Shown: positions 1-8,635 of the stretch, piece by piece
Layout of the letters: each line of letters begins with the position of its first letter
Position numbering within the stretch: position 1 is the first letter of the stretch
Assembly: GCA_031292465.1 (NCBI GenBank)
Contig: JARLHB010000258.1
Location: 1-37,787, forward strand
Direction: 5' to 3'
DNA: 37,787 nt
From: Ignavibacteriaceae bacterium
GTDB lineage: Bacteria; Bacteroidota; Ignavibacteria; Ignavibacteriales; Ignavibacteriaceae
Notes under the pieces: model-generated
Databases searched by the model: none
The model's input: only the letters and a program-made list of their open reading frames with translations
What the model was told of the DNA's origin: nothing
Program-made: the position numbers and the translations under genes

Positions 1-2235
1 CGCTTTACCCTCGTTCAATTCACCCAGCCCTATAAGGCACTTTGCTTTTAATATGGACAGCTCATTTTTAGCATTTTCGTTAACTATATTAATAATTTGA
101 TCTATATGGTTTAATGAAGCCTGGTAATCATTCAGGTTGGTCAATACTTTGCAGTATTCAACGTTTACATTTACATTGTTTCCCTCGCTAAGCGGAAAAG
201 TTAAAAGATGCTGTAATATATTTTTTTGAAACGAATATGCGGAAATCTTTTCTGCTTTACTTAATTCTTCCTTTAATATTTTATAGCTTTCTTCATAGCA
301 CCCGGCAAGCTCGTATTGTCTTGCAAGTTCTCCACGGTTGTAATTAGTGAAATAACTAATTAAAAATGCCGCAATTGAGTTATGATAATTTTTCTTTTCT
401 TTTATACCTGAATAGACATGCCTTTTTAATCCTTCCGAAGTTAACACCGGGTTTAAACCTGAAATAATACTTTGAATTATGTTCTTATGAGAAAGATTGT
501 CCAAAACACGAAGAGCAGCTTTATCATCCAATCTAAAATATTTCCCGATAACATTTAAGTCCGGCACAATCTCAAATGCCGAGATAAACCGGGCTACAGA
601 CAATTCATCTTCAGTAAGGCTGTTTGTCCGTATTTTATATATTTCTTCATGAGAGCTTTTAAGTATAGAAGAAGTTCTTTCATCCGTAACAATTTCAATT
701 CCCCCGGGAGTATATCTGATTATTTTTAACAGGATAAGATCTTTTAAAAAGCTTGTTAAGCTGCCCGGAAGCAGATCTGCATAAGATAATATCAATTGCT
801 TTAATTGCTCTACCGGGAAGCATGGAGCAAAACTTTTTTCTAAATATTCCGATAACTGTGCTTCGGTAAACGGAGTAAGATTAACTTCTCTGAGGTTGGA
901 AATAAATTCGGAAGCGTTATGCCGGTCCGAATTTTCCGTTAGAATAACTTTTATCCGGTTAACCTGAAGAATTGGTATTATGTCCCTGAATATTTCAAGT
1001 AATAAGTCATCGTAACTATTAAAGGAATCAAGAATAAGTACGAAGGAACTCTCATTAGAAAGCCGGTTTATAATTGCTTTAACTTCGTTTGCAGGATTCA
1101 GGGGCAGATTATTATAAAATTTATCTATTTGCTCAATGAGGCCAGCAGAGAGTTTTGGATAAACTAAATTATTATTGGTTATCTTTTTAAAGAATTGCCT
1201 GAAATATTCGGTGCCTGTTAATGAATTGCTGTTATCAATAAGGATAGAGTTTTCAACTGATGAATATAATTTATACGCAAGAGTAGTCTTTCCGGCTCCT
1301 TCAGAGCCGCGGACGGTAAATACTTCCCTGCTGCCCTGATCTGAAATGTATGTCTTCAGGATAGTCAGGCAGTCTTTCCTGCCTGCGAATACTTTGACCG
1401 GTATCAGATCTTTAACAGCTTCTTCACCGATTTCAATATCCAAATCTTTTAATATTTGAATTGCATTTGTATATCTTTCATCCGGGTCCTTATTTAATAG
1501 TTTTTTAATTACATCTGTAATTCCGGCGTAAGTATTTGTTTCAGGGAAATCAAAGTCCTGTTCTATATGCGCTTTATATACTTCAACTTCATTATTAGTG
1601 CTAAAAGGAAATTTCTTATAAATAAGCCGGTACAGTACCATTCCCAGAGAGTAAAAATCTACCCTGTAATCATGCCTATCATTTTTTAGTATTTCAGGCG
1701 CAATGTATTCGGCAGTTCCCCTTATAACAGACTCTTTATTCTCAACAATGCATTGTGCAAATCCAAGGTCTATCAATTTAATAACCGGTTTCCCGTCATT
1801 AAACGTAACAAGGATATTTTCAGGCTTTAAATCATAATAAATGAAATTTGACAGGTGTAGGTAATAAAGGACCATACTAAGCTGTTTTATAATTTCATAT
1901 AATGTATCTTTATCATTTAATCCATCATATTCCAGAAGATTACAGCCGTTTATACACTCAAGTGTAAAAAACTTACTGCCTGGTAAAATATCCGGATATT
2001 CTTCATCTGTGTGTGTAATTGTGCCAATGTCGAAGGCTTTTGCAATATTCGGATGATTTATTTTTCGAAGAGTAAAATATTCATTTGAAAATAACCTTTT
2101 TTCAGTTTCTTCTGTATTTTCAGGGAGTATTTTTATAGCAATATTTTCGCCTGGTAAGTCGACATCTTCGCACAGGTAAACAGAGCTTCTTCCTTTGCCT
2201 AATAATTTAATTATTTCATATTTTTGATTTATCAT
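1..2235 (-). CDS. Ser/Thr protein kinase fused to a P-loop NTPase (AAA/STAND-like) and TPR-like repeats; partial, C-terminus lies beyond the left edge
   Basis: Absent from the ORF track because it runs off the edge. I checked the minus frame codon by codon: no stop from 2235 down to 1 (745 codons), with an in-frame TAA just upstream at 2251-2253. Translation starts MINQKYEIIKLLGKGRSSVY. Kinase motifs present: Gly loop, IAIKIL lysine, catalytic loop YYDLKPEN (1831-1839 encodes D-Y-Y), DLG, GTAEYIAPE. These are followed by Walker A GSEGAGKTT (1282-1308) and a Walker B-like FVLILDS. The last ~130 aa visible look like TPR-type helical repeats. Confidence 0.85.
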   Translation of the reverse strand, partial: MINQKYEIIKLLGKGRSSVYLCEDVDLPGENIAIKILPENTEETEKRLFSNEYFTLRKINHPNIAKAFDIGTITHTDEEYPDILPGSKFFTLECINGCNLLEYDGLNDKDTLYEIIKQLSMVLYYLHLSNFIYYDLKPENILVTFNDGKPVIKLIDLGFAQCIVENKESVIRGTAEYIAPEILKNDRHDYRVDFYSLGMVLYRLIYKKFPFSTNNEVEVYKAHIEQDFDFPETNTYAGITDVIKKLLNKDPDERYTNAIQILKDLDIEIGEEAVKDLIPVKVFAGRKDCLTILKTYISDQGSREVFTVRGSEGAGKTTLAYKLYSSVENSILIDNSNSLTGTEYFRQFFKKITNNNLVYPKLSAGLIEQIDKFYNNLPLNPANEVKAIINRLSNESSFVLILDSFNSYDDLLLEIFRDIIPILQVNRIKVILTENSDRHNASEFISNLREVNLTPFTEAQLSEYLEKSFAPCFPVEQLKQLILSYADLLPGSLTSFLKDLILLKIIRYTPGGIEIVTDERTSSILKSSHEEIYKIRTNSLTEDELSVARFISAFEIVPDLNVIGKYFRLDDKAALRVLDNLSHKNIIQSIISGLNPVLTSEGLKRHVYSGIKEKKNYHNSIAAFLISYFTNYNRGELARQYELAGCYEESYKILKEELSKAEKISAYSFQKNILQHLLTFPLSEGNNVNVNVEYCKVLTNLNDYQASLNHIDQIINIVNENAKNELSILKAKCLIGLGELNEGKA

Positions 2236-3515
2236 GAATTTACCCGGGGATTAAAATGAGAACTAATTTTTCTGCCAAGACTGTTTGCAGCGAATAAAGT
2301 GAGGAACAATGCCAGCCCTGGAAATAAAATCATCCACCAGGCCTGAGACAGGTAGTTCTGCCCTGCTTCAATCATAGAGCCCCATGAAGGATAACTGCTT
2401 CCGGTTCCTAGTCCTAAGTAACTTAAAGCTGCTTCGGCTAAAATAACATTTCCATATTGAAAAACTAAATTTACCACAACAGGTACAAGAATATACGGCA
2501 GTGTTTCTTTTAAAAGTAATTTGATATTTGACAACCCGATTAGCCGTGCTGAAACAAAAAAGTCTTTATTCTTAAGAGATATAACCTCACTTCTTACAAT
2601 CTTAAATAAACTCATCCACCCGGAGAATCCCAGAACCATGATAACACTGGGGAGAGAATTACCGAATAATGCAATTATAAGAATAATAAAGAATATTACA
2701 GGGAATGCGAGAAACATATCTGTAAGCCGGTTTAAGGCAGTGTCTATAAAGCCTTCGGAATATCCTGCAAAGAAACCTAAAAACAATCCCAGCAGTAAAG
2801 AAATTAATACCGAGCCAAGCCCCACAAAAAGAGAAATACGTGCTCCGTATATTAAACGCGTAAATATATCTCTGCCTAATTCATCCGTCCCTAAAATGAA
2901 AGTTCTTGTCGTGATTAAAGGAGTGTTGTTTTTGAATATTACTTTATCATTTGCAAGCAATACTTCTGCCCCGCCCTGATAGTATGTTAGTTTATTACCT
3001 GCTGAAATGCTGTCGATAAAAATTATGCTGTCGTCAAATGAGTTCTTAATAACGCGGCTCTTTAGGTTTATGAACTTATCAACAGTATTACCGGTGCTAT
3101 AATTATCATTATTTAAATGCAGTACCTTAACACTGCTAAACGGAGGAAGCAGTTTTGTTACCGATAAGTCTTTCTGAAAATCAGGATTATTATCTGTTAT
3201 TAACGGCGCAAATAAGAAAAATGAAATTAGTAAGATGATTACAGCGGATGTAAAGTTTAAATTACTCTGAAAATATTTTACCTTCTTCCCTGCCATCAGG
3301 AAATAAATAATTGCAGCGGCAAGAAGAATAATTGAAACGGCAAAATCTATAAATTGAAAACTGATTTGCGCAAGCGCTAATTCAGGAGAGGTAAAGAGCA
3401 GTTGTATATAAAGGAAAAATAAAAAAAACACTTTTGCAATTAGGCTGTATCTTGTAATAATTAATAGCAAAGCCAGCATCAGGATAAATTGCCGTATTTT
3501 AATACTGCGATGCAT
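2232..3515 (-). CDS. ABC transporter permease, OppC/DppC-like, with a long N-terminal extension
   Basis: 427-aa ORF with multiple hydrophobic spans. It carries the OppC/DppC signature LGTDELGRDIFTRLIYGARISL and a C-terminal type-1 ABC TM domain. Its TGA stop overlaps the ATG of the kinase gene (ATGA at 2232-2235). Its ATG at 3513-3515 abuts the stop of the upstream permease. Confidence 0.85.
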   Translation of the reverse strand: MHRSIKIRQFILMLALLLIITRYSLIAKVFFLFFLYIQLLFTSPELALAQISFQFIDFAVSIILLAAAIIYFLMAGKKVKYFQSNLNFTSAVIILLISFFLFAPLITDNNPDFQKDLSVTKLLPPFSSVKVLHLNNDNYSTGNTVDKFINLKSRVIKNSFDDSIIFIDSISAGNKLTYYQGGAEVLLANDKVIFKNNTPLITTRTFILGTDELGRDIFTRLIYGARISLFVGLGSVLISLLLGLFLGFFAGYSEGFIDTALNRLTDMFLAFPVIFFIILIIALFGNSLPSVIMVLGFSGWMSLFKIVRSEVISLKNKDFFVSARLIGLSNIKLLLKETLPYILVPVVVNLVFQYGNVILAEAALSYLGLGTGSSYPSWGSMIEAGQNYLSQAWWMILFPGLALFLTLFAANSLGRKISSHFNPRVNS

Positions 3516-4502
3516 TTAATTTAAAATTCCTTTCGCAATTCTTTTATCCAGCATAGCTTTAATAATATCTGCGCAAAGATTTGTTAAAATAACAAGTATG
3601 CCCGCGACAAAGGTACACCCGATTACCAGCGGGTAATCACGTGATAAAATTGCATCCACGGTTAAACGCCCCATTCCGGGCAGAGAAAATATAACTTCCG
3701 TAATTAAAGCGCCGCCAAATAACAGCCCAAGTTCCACGCCGGCAACGGATATTAAAGGATTAACAGCATTCGGGATAATGTGTTTCCTTAATATTTCCTT
3801 TTCAGTAAAACCGTTTGCGCGAAGGTTCTCAACAAAAGGTTTGTTGTAAACATCTTCAAGATTATCGTGAAGATATTTATAAAAGACTGCAACGCCGTTA
3901 AACGACAGGGTTATTACGGGCAGTACAAGGTGCTGTGCGTAATCAATAAGCTTTTGAATAAATGAATATGATTCCGTGTCAAATGAAGTTAACCCGGAAG
4001 ACGGGAAAATATTTAACTTCTCAGAAAATATATATATTAAGAATACTCCCGCAGCAAAAGAGGGGACGGCATATACTGGAAGGCTTGTTTTGGAAATTAT
4101 CTTGTCTGCAGTTCCGTTAATTTTCTTTACCGCAAACATGGATAGCAGGAAGCCGGAAACAATTTGAATGAAAAAACTTAACAAAGAAAACATTATAGTG
4201 AAGGGAAGAGCTCTTTCTATTACTCGGATAACCGGTATCCTGTATGTGTATGAAATACCGAAATCCCCTTTTGCAAGGTTTAGTATAAAAGTTTTATACT
4301 GTGCGGGCATAGAACCTTCAAGGCTGAATGACTTTTTTACAAGTTCAGTGAGCCTGGGGCTTAATTTGGGTGAAATATATTTAAGTGACGGGTCGCCCGG
4401 AGAAATTCTTAATAACAAAAAAAGGAATGTCATTAATAAAAATAAAACCAGCAGGGAAGTCCAGCCCCTTTTTGCAAATGTCTTGAAGATTTCTTTTCTC
4501 AT
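3516..4502 (-). CDS. ABC transporter permease, OppB/DppB-like
   Basis: The polytopic ORF has the RISPGDP N-terminal motif typical of DppB/OppB-type permeases. The track start at 4550 is a TTG that overlaps the SBP gene by 41 nt. The ATG at 4500-4502 (MRKEIFKTFAKRGW) lies 7 nt after the SBP stop and is preferred. Confidence 0.85.
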   Translation of the reverse strand: MRKEIFKTFAKRGWTSLLVLFLLMTFLFLLLRISPGDPSLKYISPKLSPRLTELVKKSFSLEGSMPAQYKTFILNLAKGDFGISYTYRIPVIRVIERALPFTIMFSLLSFFIQIVSGFLLSMFAVKKINGTADKIISKTSLPVYAVPSFAAGVFLIYIFSEKLNIFPSSGLTSFDTESYSFIQKLIDYAQHLVLPVITLSFNGVAVFYKYLHDNLEDVYNKPFVENLRANGFTEKEILRKHIIPNAVNPLISVAGVELGLLFGGALITEVIFSLPGMGRLTVDAILSRDYPLVIGCTFVAGILVILTNLCADIIKAMLDKRIAKGILN

Positions 4503-4509
4503 AGAGATA

Positions 4510-6171
4510 TTATTTAGTTGACCAATTCCAACAGCGTTGAAATACTCCAAGCGGTGAAACGCTTAAATTTTGTATTCTTTTATTATATGCAATTAATTTA
4601 TCATCCCAGAATAAAAATGTAACCGGGTTTTCGCTATATATAATTTCCTGCAATTTTTTATATAGATTATTCTTTACATTACTGTTAGGAGAAACCTCAA
4701 TCTTTTTAAGCAATTCATCCATTGCTTTATTCTGATAGCCTGCAACATTAAACTGTGCATCCGTAAGATTTGAATACCAGAAAGATTTCAAATCGAGGGG
4801 AATCGGTACAGTCCAGCCTGCGACCCAGGCCTCTAATTCCCGGTTAAACATTTTCTGGAAGAATACATCCGGTTCCAGTTTTTCAATCTTTATTTTTATG
4901 CCGAGCGCCTGCAGATTATTCTGAATTACAGTTGCAGTAAATTCGCGCCTGGGATTGCCGCCGGGTATGGAGAGCGTAAAAGAAAATTCCTGTCCGTTCT
5001 TTTTCAGGGTCCCGTTTCTGTCTGTGTCTTTCCAGCCAGCCAAAGCTAAAAGTTTCTTAGCCGAATCCGGTAAATAGGGCAGGGGATGTAATTCATAGTT
5101 AAATGCATCTTTAAAAATTGATGATACAGGCCCAAATGCAACTTCACCATGATTGTTCAGGAATTGTTTTAATATTTCATCCCTGTTTATTGCAAGTGTA
5201 AGCGCTTTACGCACGTCGGCATTGCCGAATAATTTATTTGGGACAACATGTTTTGTCTTCTTATAAATATCCGGGTCCAGATTATTCCAGCCGGCATAAT
5301 CATATTCTCTGCCTTTTACGGCGGCAATACCAAGGCTGCCGTCATTTGAAATTACAGGATAATCATCGGCTTTTATATCTTCCATCAGGTCGATTTCGCC
5401 TTTTTTCAATTGAGTAATCCCGGAGTTATAATCCGGAACGATTTTAAATACTAATTCCGAAACATTTCCCCCTTTATATAAGAATGATTTTTTATCGGCT
5501 TTTAAGATAAGAGATTGATTCTTATTCCACTGTGAAAGCGAGAATGCGCCGTCTGTTACCGGTTTAATTTCCTTTTCAGCAGTTATCAAATCTTTGCGGT
5601 TTATATTCTTATATACGTGTTCCGGGATAATGGGGAAATCAATATCATAAAAAGTGGGTGAAGGGTTTTTCTTAAAGTTTATTGTCAGTACGAATGAACT
5701 TTTAGCAACAAAAGTCTTTTTCAAATCTATATGCATTGCTGTGTCGGTAAAGAAGTTCCTGAAAGAACCGTAAAGCTTGCTTTGCACTATGGGGTCGGAA
5801 TAAACATCAAAAGAAAAAACAACGTCATTTGCCGTAAACTGCTGCCCGTCTGACCATTTTACGTCATCCCGCAGATAGAGTGTTATAGAGGATGAATCGC
5901 CGTTCCATTCCCAGCTTTTCGCAAGCATGGGAAAAGTATCCATATCGCCCTTTTTATAATTCCATTCATGCTGTACAAGGCTGGCGTAAAGAAGCTCGGA
6001 TATGTTGCCCTCGTTATCGCTGAATGCAAATAGGGGATTAAGCGATTCCACATCAGAAGTGATTGCCGCTATAATACGCCCAGATTTCTCCGAAGATCCT
6101 TTTTGACATCCGCTTAGGAAGACTAAAATTATTATTAATGGCAGGGAAAGAATAAGACGGTTGATTTTCAT
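4510..6171 (-). CDS. ABC transporter substrate-binding lipoprotein, family 5 (peptide/nickel, OppA/DppA-like)
   Basis: The ~553-aa ORF has a signal peptide plus lipobox (MKINRLILSLPLIIILVFLSGC). Size and overall sequence are typical of SBP family 5. The track start at 6183 is TTG; the ATG at 6169-6171 is preferred. Confidence 0.85.
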   Translation of the reverse strand: MKINRLILSLPLIIILVFLSGCQKGSSEKSGRIIAAITSDVESLNPLFAFSDNEGNISELLYASLVQHEWNYKKGDMDTFPMLAKSWEWNGDSSSITLYLRDDVKWSDGQQFTANDVVFSFDVYSDPIVQSKLYGSFRNFFTDTAMHIDLKKTFVAKSSFVLTINFKKNPSPTFYDIDFPIIPEHVYKNINRKDLITAEKEIKPVTDGAFSLSQWNKNQSLILKADKKSFLYKGGNVSELVFKIVPDYNSGITQLKKGEIDLMEDIKADDYPVISNDGSLGIAAVKGREYDYAGWNNLDPDIYKKTKHVVPNKLFGNADVRKALTLAINRDEILKQFLNNHGEVAFGPVSSIFKDAFNYELHPLPYLPDSAKKLLALAGWKDTDRNGTLKKNGQEFSFTLSIPGGNPRREFTATVIQNNLQALGIKIKIEKLEPDVFFQKMFNRELEAWVAGWTVPIPLDLKSFWYSNLTDAQFNVAGYQNKAMDELLKKIEVSPNSNVKNNLYKKLQEIIYSENPVTFLFWDDKLIAYNKRIQNLSVSPLGVFQRCWNWSTK

Positions 6172-6222
6172 TTTACAGCCCAAAATATTAGTAATAATTT
6201 TGCTGTTAATTTATTATTTTGT

Positions 6223-6236
6223 TTTGTAAATACAAA
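6223..6236. promoter_or_regulatory. 14-bp palindrome TTTGTA-AA-TACAAA in the 71-83 bp divergent control region of the ABC genes
   Basis: Perfect 6-bp arms read directly from the sequence. It sits between the SBP start (6171/6183) and the ATPase start (6255). Confidence 0.25.
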
Positions 6237-6254
6237 TAGAGTTGTTCATCAGGA

Positions 6255-7049
6255 ATGTTAAAAGTTGATATAAAAGAATTATCGATAACAGGGAAAAGAG
6301 CCCTGCTGTCCGGTATTAATTTTGAGATGAAGCAGAATCGCATCCATACTGTTCTGGGATTAAATGGTTCCGGTAAGACAACTTTAATAAAGTCTCTTAC
6401 AGGTTTACTAAACGCGCATTTCTATTCTGTTACCGGAAGCGTGTTTTTTGAAGGGAGAGATATCCTTTCGCTTGATATAAATGAGATGTATCCGCTAAGA
6501 AGAGATAAGATCAAATATGTCTTTCAGGATGCAGTTAACAGTTTTAATCAGTTAAAAACTTTTGAATATTATTTTAACAGCCTTGCAAAGGATAAAGAGG
6601 AAATAAATTCTCTTCTTTCATATTTTATTTTGCCGCAATATTCCGAATTAAGCAGGCTGTATCCCTATGAAGTAAGCGGCGGGATGGCGCAGCGGATCAG
6701 TTTGGTACTGGCTCTTGCAGCCCATCCTGAAATAATTATTTTAGATGAGCCTACGTCGGGTATTGATTCGGCCATCTCAAACTTATTTTTACTAAAGCTG
6801 AAGGAGTTTGTAAGCCAGGGGAAAAATTCAGTCCTGCTTGTAACGCACGATATAAACTTTGCGGAAAAGATCAGCGATGAAATAGCCTTCCTTTCCGATG
6901 GCAGGCTTAGTAAATTTTATTCAAAGAAAGAATTATTTGCTTACCCGGATGTTCCGTTAAGCGAAGGGAATAATGATAAACAGGATGGGCCTGAAGGTTC
7001 TGATTCGTTAAGAAAATTAATTCATTCATATAAACAGATTTCATTATGA
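6255..7049 (+). CDS. ABC transporter ATP-binding protein (OppD/DppD-like)
   Basis: Walker A GLNGSGKTT, signature VSGGMAQR, Walker B IIILDEPTSG, H-loop VTHD. There is no recognisable oligopeptide-type C-terminal domain; the tail is acidic and Gly-rich instead. Confidence 0.9.
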   Translation: MLKVDIKELSITGKRALLSGINFEMKQNRIHTVLGLNGSGKTTLIKSLTGLLNAHFYSVTGSVFFEGRDILSLDINEMYPLRRDKIKYVFQDAVNSFNQLKTFEYYFNSLAKDKEEINSLLSYFILPQYSELSRLYPYEVSGGMAQRISLVLALAAHPEIIILDEPTSGIDSAISNLFLLKLKEFVSQGKNSVLLVTHDINFAEKISDEIAFLSDGRLSKFYSKKELFAYPDVPLSEGNNDKQDGPEGSDSLRKLIHSYKQISL

Positions 7050-7846
7050 ACGAATTGCTCATAGCAGAAAATATCTCTTATATAGCAGCTAATCAGGGTT
7101 TATTTAGCCGGAATGAACCTGATAAGGAAATTTTAAATAATATATCTTTCCAGCTTGAAAAAGGGAGGATATTAGGGATTGCAGGTGAATCCGGAAGCGG
7201 GAAAACAACTCTTGCAAAAATTTTAGCCGGAATTATTCCTTATTCCAGCGGCAAGCTGACTTTTAATTGGCCGCCTGAATGGCAGAAAAGCAAAATAAGC
7301 CCGGTGCAGATATTATTTCAGAATAACGGTGAGATACTAAATCCGTTTAGAGTGATAGATGAAATAATTGAAGAAGCGATTTATATAAAAACAGGTGAGA
7401 AAAAAAACATTCGGGAAGAAAAGGAAAAAATATTTGATTCGGTGAACTTTCCTGAGCATTTATGGAACCGTAAAGGATTTGAATTAAGCGGGGGAGAACA
7501 GCAGCGCGCAGCTCTTGCAAGAATTATTGCAGTTAAGCCGGAGCTGCTTATACTTGATGAACCGTTTTCTGCGCAGGATGCAGACTCGCAGTTAAATTTA
7601 CTGAATTTATTTAAAGAGATTAACAGCGTTTACGGAATTACATTAATATGTATATCGCATAATGTTAATATTCTTAAAAAACTTTGCGATGAAATTATAA
7701 TAATTTATAAAGGTGAAATTGTAGAAAAAGGAACGGCTGAAAAGATTTTTAGCCAGCCTGAACATCCATATACAAAATTTCTTATGAAAGCAGAAAGTTA
7801 TGAGCTTTCATATAAGGACTTGAAGGCAGAGTTTGAAAATCTCTAA
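7046..7846 (+). CDS. ABC transporter ATP-binding protein (OppF/DppF-like)
   Basis: Walker A GESGSGKTT, signature LSGGEQQR, Walker B LLILDEPFS, H-loop ISHN, and the C-terminal PEHPYTK motif of the oligopeptide/dipeptide ATPase family. A 4-nt ATGA overlap links it to the preceding ATPase gene. Confidence 0.9.
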   Translation: MNELLIAENISYIAANQGLFSRNEPDKEILNNISFQLEKGRILGIAGESGSGKTTLAKILAGIIPYSSGKLTFNWPPEWQKSKISPVQILFQNNGEILNPFRVIDEIIEEAIYIKTGEKKNIREEKEKIFDSVNFPEHLWNRKGFELSGGEQQRAALARIIAVKPELLILDEPFSAQDADSQLNLLNLFKEINSVYGITLICISHNVNILKKLCDEIIIIYKGEIVEKGTAEKIFSQPEHPYTKFLMKAESYELSYKDLKAEFENL

Positions 7847-7866
7847 CCGGCCGGGTAGAAATAGTT

Positions 7867-8334
7867 ATGTCTAAAACAAACGCAATAAGAATTCTGGAAG
7901 CAAGAAATATTCCCCATACAACCCATACTTATGAAGTAGATGAAAATGATTTGAGCGGGACAACAGTAGCAAATAAAATAAATGCCCGGCAGGAAACAGT
8001 CTTTAAGACCCTGGTAGCCTCGGGCGATAAGAACGGGATAAATGTATTTTGTATTCCGGTAACGGAAGAACTTAACCTGAAAAAAGCAGCTTATGCAAGC
8101 GGGAATAAAAGCATTGAAATGGTAAAAGTTAAAGACCTTTTAAATTTAACAGGTTATATCCGCGGCGGCTGTTCTCCAATTGGAATGAAAAAAAATTACC
8201 CAACTTACATTGAAGAGACTGCCCAGTTGTTTGAAACAATTTATGTAAGCGCGGGTATGCGGGGAATGCAGGTTTGCCTTGCCCCGGAAGACCTTATGAA
8301 TGCCGTAAATGCTGTATTTACAGACTTATTATAG
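7867..8334 (+). CDS. ybaK: Cys-tRNA(Pro)/Cys-tRNA(Cys) deacylase YbaK
   Basis: The 155-aa protein aligns by eye along its full length with E. coli YbaK (KTL, LKK, GGCSPIGMKK, IYVSAG motifs). Confidence 0.85.
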   Translation: MSKTNAIRILEARNIPHTTHTYEVDENDLSGTTVANKINARQETVFKTLVASGDKNGINVFCIPVTEELNLKKAAYASGNKSIEMVKVKDLLNLTGYIRGGCSPIGMKKNYPTYIEETAQLFETIYVSAGMRGMQVCLAPEDLMNAVNAVFTDLL

Positions 8335-8409
8335 TTAATATTAGTATTTATGGCTGTTTTAAGCCGGTTTTAGATGTAATTAGAATTTTTATTTAAATGA
8401 TGTAATTCC

Positions 8410-8417
8410 TATATTTG
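8410..8417 (+). promoter_or_regulatory. TATATTTG box (matches the Bacteroidetes-type -7 consensus TAnnTTTG) upstream of the small gene
   Basis: The exact octamer lies 25 nt upstream of the ATG at 8442. The identical octamer recurs at 22518-22525. Confidence 0.35.
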
Positions 8418-8441
8418 CACACTTAAATTTGGAGTATTAAA

Positions 8442-8606
8442 ATGGCTAAACAACAAACATTTGCCGATAAAGCTAAAGCAAAGAAAAAAGACAGCGGTAT
8501 TACAGTTAAAATGATTAAAACCACTAAGACTGATAAGGGCAGCTTTAAGTTTAACGAAAAATTCGTTAAAATTGATGATATTAGTAAGGTTACTGAGCTT
8601 AAGTAA
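8442..8606 (+). CDS. Small basic protein (54 aa), DUF4295-like
   Basis: Not in the ORF track because it is under 60 aa. Translation: MAKQQTFADKAKAKKKDSGITVKMIKTTKTDKGSFKFNEKFVKIDDISKVTELK. A GGAG sits 8 nt upstream, a candidate promoter box precedes it, and a hairpin plus T-run follows. From memory, the pattern resembles the ~50-aa DUF4295 proteins of Bacteroidota. Confidence 0.6.
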   Translation: MAKQQTFADKAKAKKKDSGITVKMIKTTKTDKGSFKFNEKFVKIDDISKVTELK

Positions 8607-8611
8607 TTGCG

Positions 8612-8635
8612 AAAGCGGTATTTAGGCCGCTTTTT
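8612..8635 (+). terminator. Candidate intrinsic terminator after the small gene
   Basis: Stem AAAGCGG / CCGCTTT with an 8-nt loop, running into TTTTT. Confidence 0.45.

Noticed and set aside
2521-4521. Plus-strand ORFs 2521-2979, 3976-4167 and 4168-4521 inside the permease genes
   Set aside because: All three are antisense to permeases with clear ABC signatures, and their composition reflects reversed hydrophobic codons.
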